From NCBI GenBank assembly GCA_034522155.1, contig JAXHLP010000002.1:108280-172279 (forward strand): a DNA stretch of 64,000 nucleotides, in the 5' to 3' direction. Position 1 is the stretch's first letter, and each line of letters opens with the position of its first letter. The DNA is from Acidimicrobiales bacterium. GTDB lineage: Bacteria > Actinomycetota > Acidimicrobiia > Acidimicrobiales > Salinilacustritrichaceae. Position numbers and translations under genes: made by a program. Below are positions 10,539 to 20,374 of the stretch, piece after piece. The notes below the pieces were generated by a model. It made no database searches and had not been told where the DNA came from. It saw nothing but the letters and a program-made list of their open reading frames with translations.

Positions 10539-11259
10539 ATGAGCTACGTCGAGGTGACCGATGCGACCTTCCAGACGGAGGTCATCGACCGATCTGCCCA
10601 GGTCCCGGTGGTCGTCGACCTGTGGGCGGAGTGGTGCGGGCCGTGCAAGACGCTCGGGCCCGATCATCGAGAAGGTCGTCGACGAGACCCAGGGCAAGGT
10701 CGTGCTCGCCAAGGTCGACGTCGACGCCAACCCCCAGATCGCCCAGGCGTTCCAGGTGCAGTCGATCCCGGCGGTCTACGCGCTGCGCGACGGCAAGGTC
10801 GTCGACGGCTTCGTCGGCGCCCAGCCCGAGCAGACCGTGGCCGCGTGGGTGGCCGAGCTCGTGCCGAGCGCGGAGGAGTCGCAGGTCCAGCAGCTCCTGG
10901 CGGCCGGCGACGAGGCATCGCTGCGCCAGGCGATGGACCTCGAACCCGACAACGCCGAGGTGATCACGGCGCTGGCGTCCCTGCTGGCAGCGTCGGACGA
11001 CGGCCAGGACAAGGTCGAAGCGCTCGAGCTGCTCGAGAAGATCCCCGAGACCAACGACACCCGGGTGATCGCCGCCCAGGCGCGCGCTTCCAATCCCGAT
11101 GTGCCCGACGACGTCGAGGCTCGACTCGACGCGCTGCTGGCCGAGGTCAAACACGACGAGGACAAGCACCAGGAATTCCTCGACATGCTCGAGCTGATGG
11201 GCCCGACCGACCCGCGTACGGCTGACTACCGCAAGAAGCTCAGCGCCGCGCTCTTCTGA
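10539..11259 (+). pseudogene. thioredoxin-domain/TPR co-chaperone (YbbN/CnoX-like), frameshifted as sequenced
   Basis: ATG 10539 gives [25 protein letters not shown] in frame 0. The family-like continuation [26 protein letters not shown] plus the TPR-like tail is in frame +1 (ORF 10561..11259). The break lies in the GGGCCC run at 10656-10661. Confidence 0.8.
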
Positions 11260-11271
11260 GGAGGCGAGCGG

Positions 11272-11613
11272 ATGGCTCGGTCGCGGCGCCCGGTACCGCC
11301 GATCGAGGAGATCCGCATCGTGCGGGGCGTCGCGGCCCCGGGCGCGGTCGCGACCACGTTCGGCTCCTGGGTGTTCGTCCGGCGCGGGTTCGAGCTCACC
11401 CCGAGGCTGCTCCGCCACGAGTACGAGCACGTGTGCCAGTACCACCGCCACGGTTGGGCCGGCTTCCTCGGGCGCTACGTCCGTGACTACCTGCGGTGGC
11501 GCCTGCTCGGCTACGGGCACCGTGCGGCCTATCGCCGCATCCCTCTCGAGATCCAGGCGGAGTGGCGTGCCCGGAGGAACGTCGGGTCCGGCACGCAGCG
11601 CTTCACTCCCTGA
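11272..11613 (+). CDS. small HExxH protein (DUF4157-like putative zinc peptidase domain)
   Basis: 113 aa with good GC3. The motif is HEYEHVCQY (HExxHxxQ). Confidence 0.55.
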   Translation: MARSRRPVPPIEEIRIVRGVAAPGAVATTFGSWVFVRRGFELTPRLLRHEYEHVCQYHRHGWAGFLGRYVRDYLRWRLLGYGHRAAYRRIPLEIQAEWRARRNVGSGTQRFTP

Positions 11614-12651
11614 TCAACGCCACGCACCGGACCCGAGGAATGTCCCGGTACGTGGCACCGTCTCGCTGAGGGCGCCACGTACCGGGCAGGGCTCCCTCCC
11701 TGACCTGGTGTGTTCTTGGTGGCGGGTGGCTACCCGCCGGGCGGGCCGGCCCCGTCGGCGCGGCCCGACGTTCTCTGGTCCCTGGCTGTCGCTGTTCCCC
11801 TGGTCCTGGCTGCCCTGGCCTTGGCTCCCAGGGTCTTCGGGCGGACCGGAGTTCCCGGGCGGTCCCGGGTTGGCGTTGCCCTGGCCCTCGTTGCTGCCTT
11901 GGCCCTGGCTTCCCGGGGCTTCGGGCGGGCCCGGGTTCCCGGGCGGGCCGCCGGGTTCGATGCCCTCGGGTCGGCCGTTGCCGTCGGCCTCGGGGTCGTC
12001 GGCTTCGGCGTCGTCGGTGCCGCAGGTGGCGCGGCGTTCGGCCTGGGCGGCGGCCTTGTCCTCGGCGGTCATGTCCTTGTCGATGGCCCAGGGCGGCGGG
12101 CCCTTGCACGGGTCGTCGAGGATCGACTGGGGCGGGCCGCCGGGTTCGATGCCCTCGGGTCGGCCGTTGCCGTCGGCCTCGGGGTCGTCGGCTTCGGCGT
12201 CGTCGGTGCCGCAGGTGGCGCGGCGTTCGGCCTGGGCGGCGGCCTTGTCCTCGGCGGTCATGTCCTTGTCGATGGCCCAGGGCGGCGGGCCCTTGCACGG
12301 GTCGTCGAGAATGAAGTCGGGGGGGCCGTTGCCGTTCCCCGGCCGGTCGGGCACGTCGACCTGGAGCACCGAGAGCACGTCGTGGGCGGCGCCCTGCGCC
12401 GGACCGGGGAGTGCCCCGGCCATGGCGAAACCGGTCGAGCCGGCGAAGAACCCGATGATCGCGGCACCCGCCACGGCCAGACGCCCGAACCGCTTCGGTG
12501 CCGGTCCGTCCGGCGTCGCCGCGGCCATGCGGTGCATGTGCGCGCCGCGGACGTCGTCGGGCACCGGTTGTGCCGCCAGCCGAGCGAGCCGATCGGTGAT
12601 CGGACTCGTGTCGGTCACGTGGCTCGTGGGATCGCGGCGGTCGCTCATCAC
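11614..12651 (-). CDS. single-pass membrane protein, putative anti-sigma factor
   Basis: It sits 29 nt downstream of the ECF sigma gene on the same strand. It has an N-terminal cytoplasmic segment, one TM helix (FGRLAVAGAAIIGFFAG) and a repeat-containing Pro/Gly/Asp-rich ectodomain. Confidence 0.55.
   Translation of the reverse strand: MMSDRRDPTSHVTDTSPITDRLARLAAQPVPDDVRGAHMHRMAAATPDGPAPKRFGRLAVAGAAIIGFFAGSTGFAMAGALPGPAQGAAHDVLSVLQVDVPDRPGNGNGPPDFILDDPCKGPPPWAIDKDMTAEDKAAAQAERRATCGTDDAEADDPEADGNGRPEGIEPGGPPQSILDDPCKGPPPWAIDKDMTAEDKAAAQAERRATCGTDDAEADDPEADGNGRPEGIEPGGPPGNPGPPEAPGSQGQGSNEGQGNANPGPPGNSGPPEDPGSQGQGSQDQGNSDSQGPENVGPRRRGRPARRVATRHQEHTRSGREPCPVRGALSETVPRTGTFLGSGAWR
11941..12309. 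repeat. tandem direct repeat, period 189 bp; two 180-nt cores 100% identical
   Basis: 11941-12120 equals 12130-12309 base for base. The copies are separated by 9 nt, and the duplication is in frame (63 codons). Confidence 0.95.
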
Positions 12652-12680
12652 CTACGTGATCGGATGACGGGCCCGTGAGG

Positions 12681-13250
12681 TCACGCGTCGTCGGAGGAAA
12701 CTTCTCCGCCGTCGCCACCCAGGGTCTGTTCCAGCATCTCGAGGCCTCGCGCCTGGAGCATCTTGACCGATCCCTTCGAGCGCCCGGTGACCCGAGCAAC
12801 CTCCTCGATTGCCAGGTCGGCGACGAAGCGGAGCACCACGACCTCGCGCTGATCGTCGGTGAGCCCGTCGAGGGCCGCGACCAGGTCCGGGTCGATCGGT
12901 TCGGCCATCTCGTCAGTGGCATCGGTGGGAAGCTCGTCGCGCAGCACCTCGGGGCTGCGGGTCTCGCGACGGATCGTGTCGACCCGCCGGTGGTGGGCGA
13001 TGGTGAACACCCACCGCCGGAGCGCGGCATCGCTGCCACGGAACGCGTGCAGCTTCTCGGTGACGACCACGAACACATCGCCGGTCAGGCTTTCGGGATC
13101 GCGCATCCGCTGGGCGCGGAAGTACCCGAGGACCGCGGGTGCCAACGCCTCGTAGACCGTGGCGGCCGATCGGGGCTGGCGTGACTGCCGCACGCATGGA
13201 TAGTGACACCAAAGTGCCCCATCCGGCGCGCATGCGCCGTCGGATACCAT
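12681..13250 (-). CDS. ECF-type RNA polymerase sigma-70 family factor
   Basis: This is the C-terminal 189 codons of ORF 12681..14579, starting at ATG 13248-13250. Region 2 reads DVFVVVTEKL..RRWVFTIAHHRRVD and region 4 reads DDQREVVVLRFVADLAIEEVARVTGRSKGSVKMLQARG. Confidence 0.85.
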   Translation of the reverse strand: MVSDGACAPDGALWCHYPCVRQSRQPRSAATVYEALAPAVLGYFRAQRMRDPESLTGDVFVVVTEKLHAFRGSDAALRRWVFTIAHHRRVDTIRRETRSPEVLRDELPTDATDEMAEPIDPDLVAALDGLTDDQREVVVLRFVADLAIEEVARVTGRSKGSVKMLQARGLEMLEQTLGGDGGEVSSDDA

Positions 13251-13298
13251 CGTCAGCGACTTCCCCCGCCGCTCTCGCTTCCGCGCGGAGGAGGTCGT

Positions 13299-13952
13299 GT
13301 GACCGAACCACCGACCCCGGTGACCCACCGGGTCCGGCTCGCGATCGAGGAGGTCCTCGATGCCACCGGCACCGGGTGGCGTGCTCTGCTCGCGGGCTGT
13401 CTCGTCGTCGGGCTGGCCGCGGGCGCGCTCGTCTGGCTGACCCGCCAGGCACCCGAGCCGATCGAGTCGACCCTGCCCGTGGTCGAACCCGAGACCGTCA
13501 CGACCACAACCGCGCCACCGGGTCCGGTGATCGTCCACGTCGCCGGTGAGGTCGCCCGGCCCGGCGTCCAGGAGTTGCCCGCAGGTTCGCGGGTGATCGA
13601 CGCCGTCGACGCTGCCGGGGGAGTCACCGCCGACGCCGATGCGGGGCGTGTCAACCTCGCCGCCGAGCTCGGCGACGGCGTGCAGGTGTACATCCCGGCG
13701 GTCGGCGAAGCCGCACCCCCGGTCGCCGCGTCGGGGACCGAGGCCGGTACCGCCGGCGACGACCTCGTCGACCTCAACGTCGCCGGCGGTAGCCAGCTCG
13801 AGGAGCTGCCCGGCGTCGGGCCGGCCACCGCGGCGGCGATCATCGACCACCGCGAGCGCGCCGGGCCCTTCGCGACGGTGGACGATCTGCTCGACGTGCG
13901 GGGCATCGGCGAAGCGAAGCTCGCCGCACTCCGGGATCTGGTCCGTGTCTGA
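13299..13952 (+). CDS. comEA: competence protein ComEA (helix-hairpin-helix DNA-binding)
   Basis: GTG 13299 follows GGAGGAGG. It has a TM anchor, a SLBB-like segment VHVAGEVARPGV, and HhH motifs LPGVGPATAAAII and GIGEAKL. Confidence 0.85.
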   Translation: MTEPPTPVTHRVRLAIEEVLDATGTGWRALLAGCLVVGLAAGALVWLTRQAPEPIESTLPVVEPETVTTTTAPPGPVIVHVAGEVARPGVQELPAGSRVIDAVDAAGGVTADADAGRVNLAAELGDGVQVYIPAVGEAAPPVAASGTEAGTAGDDLVDLNVAGGSQLEELPGVGPATAAAIIDHRERAGPFATVDDLLDVRGIGEAKLAALRDLVRV

Positions 13953-16104
13953 CCGGGTCGCGGTGGCGTTGGCGGCGTGCGCGTGGTTCGGCGCGTGGTG
14001 GGCCCACCCGCTGCCCTGGTGGGCCCCGATTCCCGGCGTGGTTGTCGCGTGCGCCGTCCGCCGTCCGGTGACCGCGGCCGTCGCGTTGGTGGTGCTCGCC
14101 GACGTGCTGGCTGTCCGGGCGCTCGACGGGCTCGACCCGCTCGGAGACGCCCCGTTCGACGGCGAGATCACGCTCGTGACCGATCCCGAGCCCACGGCTG
14201 ACGGGCGTCTCCGGTTCGAGGCGACCACTTCGATCGGCCGTGTTCTGACCGAGGTTCGATCGCCCGGCGCGAAGGAGATGTTGGCGGAACGCCTCGCCGG
14301 CGACCTCGCCCGCGTGCGGGGCCGTACCGAGGCCTTCGGGCGACCGAGCGAGTGGTCCCGCTCGCGACACCTCGTCGGCATGCTCCGAGTCGAGTCGGTG
14401 GATGCGACCGCCACGGGCGCACCACCGGCGGCCGCGGTGAACGCGTACCGCCGGATGCTCGATCGGGGTGCCGCGTCGCTCGACCCGGAGCAGCGTTCGC
14501 TGCTCTCCGGCCTCGTGCTCGGCGACGATCGGGCCCAGCCGCCGGAACTGACCGCGGACTTCCGTGCCGCCGGGCTCACCCACCTGCTGGCGGTCTCGGG
14601 TCAGAACGTCGCGTTCGTGCTCGTCGTGTTCGGGCCGATGCTCCGTCGCATCCGGATCTGGCCTCGGTTCCTGCTCTCGGTGACGGTGATCGCAGCCTTC
14701 GCGCTCTTGACGAGGTTCGAGCCATCGGTGCTGCGGGCGGCGGTCGTGGCGGGTGTCGCGCTCTTCGCCACCACGACCGGCCGACCGAGCGGCGGTGTCC
14801 GGCACCTCGCGTTGGCCGTGTGCGCGTTGCTGGTCATCGACCCGCTCCTGGTCCACTCACTCGGGTTCCGGTTGTCGGTGGCTGCGTCGACCGGGGTCTT
14901 GGTCCTGGCCCCCCGGCTCGCGCCACGCCTGCCAGGCCCGCGGTGGTTCCGCGAGGGCACCGCGGTCACCGTGGGGGCGCAGCTGGCTGTCGCGCCCGTG
15001 CTCATCCCCGTGCTCGGACCCATGCCGATGGCTGCACTACCGGCGAACATCGCCGCCGGACCCCTGGCGGGGATGCTGATGGTGTGGGGGCTGGCTGCGG
15101 GGACTGCGGCGGGCGCCCTCGGCGGCTCCGCCGCATGGCTGTTGCACCGGCCGAGCGCCGTCGGGCTCGACGCCCTCGACCTCGTGGCGTCCGTCGGCGC
15201 GTCGTTGCCGCTCGGGTCCGTCGACCTGCGGCACATCCTGGTGCTTGCCGTCGTGGTCGTGTTGGCCCGCCTCGACCGATTCCTGCTCCGTGTCGTGGCC
15301 GGTGCCCTCGGCGCGATCGTCATCCTCGCGCCGGTCCTGACGCCGACGGTCGACGGCCGGCACCTGGTGGGACGGGACGCGAGCATCTTCGTCGACGGTC
15401 GTGTCGCCGTGGTCGAGGTCGGCGCCCGAGCTGATCCGGCCGACGTCGTGGAGGCGCTGCGCGCGGCCCGTGTCGTTGCCGTGGGCATGGTGGTGGTGCG
15501 TTCGACCGAGCCCGCGGCTGCGGCCAGCGTCGAGGCCGTGCGGGCTCGCTTTCCTGTGGGTGCCGTGATCGCGCCACCGGGCTTCTCCGACGACGCCGTT
15601 GTGCCCCCGGACGGTTTTCGGACCCAGGTGGGCAGGATCGTGGTCGTGGTCGACGGGGCCGGCCCGCCGCTGCGAGCGCGTGTTCGCTGGGGGAGTCGGG
15701 AACCTGATCGTGCCGTGGCCGACGAGCACATCGGTCGTGCCCGGGAGCGGGCCACGTGGCCAACTCGCCGCCTTCGTGGTCGAGGTCCGCGATGTGGGGC
15801 CGCAGTCGATTGCGGGTCGTCGCGCACGCTCCTACATTCGCCGGGTGCCCCTCGTGCTGGACCATCGGCGATTCGACACCGATCGACGGGCCGTCGTCGT
15901 GGGGCTGGCCAGCAGCATCGACGAGGTCGATCGGCTGGTCGGCGAAGGTGCCGACGTGATGGCCGTGATCGGGGCGCTCGACCCGGAGCCGGTGCGCGAT
16001 CGTGTCGGGGTGCCCGTCACCACCGCGACGTCCGGTTCGATCCGGGCCGACGACGATCCTCGCCACGATGCCGTCGGCCCGTTCCACGACCTCCCCGCGG
16101 GTGA
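13945..16104 (+). CDS. comEC: ComEC/Rec2 DNA internalisation channel protein (3' end uncertain)
   Basis: GTG 13945 overlaps the comEA stop. The polytopic competence domain includes LTHLLAVSGQNVAFV. After about 15675 the GC3 of this frame collapses while another frame becomes coding-like, so the annotated stop at 16104 is probably not the true end. Confidence 0.65.
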   Translation: MSDRVAVALAACAWFGAWWAHPLPWWAPIPGVVVACAVRRPVTAAVALVVLADVLAVRALDGLDPLGDAPFDGEITLVTDPEPTADGRLRFEATTSIGRVLTEVRSPGAKEMLAERLAGDLARVRGRTEAFGRPSEWSRSRHLVGMLRVESVDATATGAPPAAAVNAYRRMLDRGAASLDPEQRSLLSGLVLGDDRAQPPELTADFRAAGLTHLLAVSGQNVAFVLVVFGPMLRRIRIWPRFLLSVTVIAAFALLTRFEPSVLRAAVVAGVALFATTTGRPSGGVRHLALAVCALLVIDPLLVHSLGFRLSVAASTGVLVLAPRLAPRLPGPRWFREGTAVTVGAQLAVAPVLIPVLGPMPMAALPANIAAGPLAGMLMVWGLAAGTAAGALGGSAAWLLHRPSAVGLDALDLVASVGASLPLGSVDLRHILVLAVVVVLARLDRFLLRVVAGALGAIVILAPVLTPTVDGRHLVGRDASIFVDGRVAVVEVGARADPADVVEALRAARVVAVGMVVVRSTEPAAAASVEAVRARFPVGAVIAPPGFSDDAVVPPDGFRTQVGRIVVVVDGAGPPLRARVRWGSREPDRAVADEHIGRARERATWPTRRLRGRGPRCGAAVDCGSSRTLLHSPGAPRAGPSAIRHRSTGRRRGAGQQHRRGRSAGRRRCRRDGRDRGARPGAGARSCRGARHHRDVRFDPGRRRSSPRCRRPVPRPPRG

Positions 16105-16231
16105 GCGCCTCGGGGCCTTCGCCGCCGCCGCTCTCGGGGGCGCTCCGGTGTTGCTGACCACTGAGGTGCGGGCGGTCCGGCGGGTCGCCGAGATCGCCGC
16201 CCGCATCCGCGCCGCGGAGACCGGGCGATGA
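15710..16231 (+). CDS. hypothetical protein (weak pterin-binding/DHPS-like resemblance)
   Basis: This frame has high GC3 from about 15671. Candidate starts are GTG 15680 and GTG 15710. Its stop overlaps the holA start (ATGA). The DHPS-like resemblance is by-eye only (GEGADVMAV, LGGAPVLLTTEVRAV). Confidence 0.4.
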   Translation: MPWPTSTSVVPGSGPRGQLAAFVVEVRDVGPQSIAGRRARSYIRRVPLVLDHRRFDTDRRAVVVGLASSIDEVDRLVGEGADVMAVIGALDPEPVRDRVGVPVTTATSGSIRADDDPRHDAVGPFHDLPAGERLGAFAAAALGGAPVLLTTEVRAVRRVAEIAARIRAAETGR

Positions 16232-17199
16232 CCCCTTGCATCCTGCTCACCGGCACCGACCCGGTCCTGCTCGCGAGCGCACGCACCGAGCTGGTGTCCG
16301 AGCTCGTCGGCGACGACGACCCGTCGCTGATCGTCGCCGAGCTCGCCGGCGAGGACTACGAGATGCGTGAGCTGGTCGACGCAGCACAGACGCCGCCGTT
16401 CCTCACCGACCGACGGGTGGTGGTGGGCTGTGGCATGGGGCGGTTCAACAAGGACGACCTCCCGCCGTTGCTCGCGTACCTCGAAGACCCGCTCGACACC
16501 AACGCCCTGATCCTCGAGTGGTCGTCGTCGAGTGGCGGGCCCAAGGCGTTGCGCGACGCGGTCAAGGCGTGCGGCGGCGAGATCCGGCCCACGGGCCCCG
16601 GGCGCAAGGTCGGGGACTGGGCGGCCGAGCAGTTCAGCGACGCCGGGCTGAAGCCGGACACCGCCGCCACGAGGCTCGTCGTCGACTGGCTGGGCGACGA
16701 CGGCGGCAAGCTCCCCGGGTTGCTCGCCGTGCTCGTGTCGACCTACGGCGCAGGTGCCCGTCTGTCACCCGATGACATCGAGCCGTTCCTGGGCGACGCC
16801 GGCGGCGTGCCGCCGTGGGACCTGACCGACGCCATCGACGACGGTGACATCCCCAAGGCCCTCACGGCGCTGACGCGCATGCTGGGCGCAGGACGGCACC
16901 CGTTGCAGATCATGGCGACGTTGCACACCCACTTCCAGCGGATGCTCCGTCTGGATGGTGCGAACGCGACCGGTGAGAAGGAGGCCGCGACCCTGCTCGG
17001 CATGAAGGGCAAGTCGACGTTCCCCGCCAAGAAGGCGCTGAATCAGGCGCGCCGGCTGGGCTCGGACCGGGTGCGCCAGTCGATCCGCTTGCTCGCCACC
17101 GCCGACCTGCAGTTGCGGGGGACCATCGATTGGCCCGAACCGCTGGCGCTCGAGGTCCTGGTCGCCCGTCTGGCCCGGATCGCCCGGACGGCCCGCTGA
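16228..17199 (+). CDS. holA: DNA polymerase III subunit delta
   Basis: 323 aa. It has typical HolA length and sequence, and the conserved position after comEC. Confidence 0.85.
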   Translation: MTPCILLTGTDPVLLASARTELVSELVGDDDPSLIVAELAGEDYEMRELVDAAQTPPFLTDRRVVVGCGMGRFNKDDLPPLLAYLEDPLDTNALILEWSSSSGGPKALRDAVKACGGEIRPTGPGRKVGDWAAEQFSDAGLKPDTAATRLVVDWLGDDGGKLPGLLAVLVSTYGAGARLSPDDIEPFLGDAGGVPPWDLTDAIDDGDIPKALTALTRMLGAGRHPLQIMATLHTHFQRMLRLDGANATGEKEAATLLGMKGKSTFPAKKALNQARRLGSDRVRQSIRLLATADLQLRGTIDWPEPLALEVLVARLARIARTAR

Positions 17200-17222
17200 G
17201 GCGCCGTCTGGATCCGGACTTC

Positions 17223-17489
17223 TCAGCTGCCGGACTCGATGGCGCGAAGGCGCTTGACGAGGCGAGACTTCTGGCGGGCAGCGGTGTTCTTGTGGAGCAC
17301 GCCCTTGGACACCGCGGAGTCGATCCGACGGATCGCCGTGGCGAGCTCCTGGCCGCTGTCCTCACCGGCCTCGGCCGCCGCAATGGCGGCCTTGGTGCGG
17401 GTGTGGATCTCGGAGCGCACTGCCCGGTTGCGGACGCGCCGCTTCTCGTTCTGGCGGTTGCGCTTGATCTGGCTCTTGATGTTGGCCAC
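17223..17489 (-). CDS. rpsT: 30S ribosomal protein S20
   Basis: GTG 17489. The 88-aa product begins VANIKSQIKRNRQNEKRRVRNRAVRS. Confidence 0.95.
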   Translation of the reverse strand: MANIKSQIKRNRQNEKRRVRNRAVRSEIHTRTKAAIAAAEAGEDSGQELATAIRRIDSAVSKGVLHKNTAARQKSRLVKRLRAIESGS

Positions 17490-17622
17490 GTCGACCTCTG
17501 CGGGAACGTGTCGGAGACTCGGGAGCGCCCACGGTCGTGGGCACGGGAACCCGGAAACGGTAGCGGCTGATGGGCCGGCTGCGACAATCCCCGGGCGAGA
17601 AACCCCGTGCGAGACTCTCGGC

Positions 17623-18504
17623 GTGCCGGAGCCGATCGACCTGGGGTGGGGTGCCCGTTCGCACGTCGACGTCGACGGGGTCCGCATCGCGGTGGAGACC
17701 GCGGGTGGCGCCGGGCGCCCCGTCCTCGCCCTGCTGCACGGCTTCGCCTCCGGGACGTTCAGCTGGGCGGGCGTCGCGCCGACGTGGGCGGACCGGCACC
17801 GGGTCGTGGCCTGGGACCGACCGCCGTTCGGTCACAGCGACCGCCCTGCGCCACCGCCGCGCGGTGCCCTGGACCCGTACGGCGTGGACGCGGTCGTCGC
17901 CACGGCCCGGGCGGTGCTCGACGAGCATGCCGGCGACGGGCCCCTCGTGCTCGTCGGTCACTCCGCCGGGACGCTGGTCGCCACCCAACTGGTGCTGGCC
18001 GGCGGCTTCGACGTCCGCGGCGCGGTGCTGATCGCCCCAGCGCTCGCCGGCGAACCACCGGGGCTCCTCCGTCGTCTTTTCGCCCTGCCGGGTGCGAGCG
18101 CGGTCGGCGCCGCCGCGCTCAAGCTGGGGGTGCGTGGCGCCCGCGTGGCGCTTCGTCGTGTCGGCCAGCACGGCACGCCCCTCATCGAGGCCACGGGCGC
18201 GGAGACGGCGCGCTCGCTGCGTCGGCCGGGAACCGCCGAGGCGCTGGTGCACCTCACCACGACCTGGGAACGCCCGGCGCTGCTCGACGACCTCGGCCCG
18301 CTCGGCGTCCCGACGTCGGTCATCGGCGGCATCGACGACCGCATCTCCACGCCCACGGCCACCCGCGACGTCGCGGATCGCCTCGCCGCCGAGCTCCACC
18401 TGCTGGAACGGGTCGGGCACGCGCCCCACGAACAGGTCCCCGGTCTCGTCGCGTCGCTGGTGAGCGAGTTCGTGGAGTCCGTGGTGGAGGAGGGTGGCCG
18501 GTAG
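17623..18504 (+). CDS. alpha/beta hydrolase
   Basis: GTG 17623. It has the HGFASG oxyanion region, the nucleophile elbow GHSAG, and a C-terminal GHAPHEQ. Confidence 0.8.
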   Translation: MPEPIDLGWGARSHVDVDGVRIAVETAGGAGRPVLALLHGFASGTFSWAGVAPTWADRHRVVAWDRPPFGHSDRPAPPPRGALDPYGVDAVVATARAVLDEHAGDGPLVLVGHSAGTLVATQLVLAGGFDVRGAVLIAPALAGEPPGLLRRLFALPGASAVGAAALKLGVRGARVALRRVGQHGTPLIEATGAETARSLRRPGTAEALVHLTTTWERPALLDDLGPLGVPTSVIGGIDDRISTPTATRDVADRLAAELHLLERVGHAPHEQVPGLVASLVSEFVESVVEEGGR

Positions 18505-18519
18505 CGTTCAGGGTTCCCC

Positions 18520-20319
<1,800 letters not shown>

Positions 20320-20339
20320 CCGCGCGCGACGAGCGCCAT

Positions 20340-20356
20340 CCAACCCGGCGGGTTGG
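20340..20356. terminator. hairpin between convergent lepA and metY
   Basis: CCAACCC-GGC-GGGTTGG forms a perfect 7-bp stem in the 55-nt convergent spacer. No clear U-tract follows. Confidence 0.35.
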
Positions 20357-20374
20357 CCCGAGTCCTGCGGCGTA

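Noticed and set aside
10650-10670. Programmed ribosomal frameshifting as the explanation for the thioredoxin-gene break and the other breaks.
   Set aside because: No X-XXY-YYZ slippery site or stimulatory structure is present at any junction. The many breaks occur in unrelated genes and mostly at short homopolymers, so an indel (real or artefactual) is the simpler explanation.
7908-10730. 940-aa ORF on the minus strand.
   Set aside because: The product is extreme Arg/Pro/Gly composition (RRRRPRP runs). It is out of frame over three well-supported minus-strand genes (LLM oxidoreductase, PAC2, phosphotransferase).
11941-12309. Whether the repeats at 11.9-12.3 kb and 52.27-52.48 kb could be CRISPR arrays.
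   Set aside because: There are only two to three copies, the units are 189 and 95 bp with essentially no unique spacers, one lies inside a coding region, and no cas genes are present.
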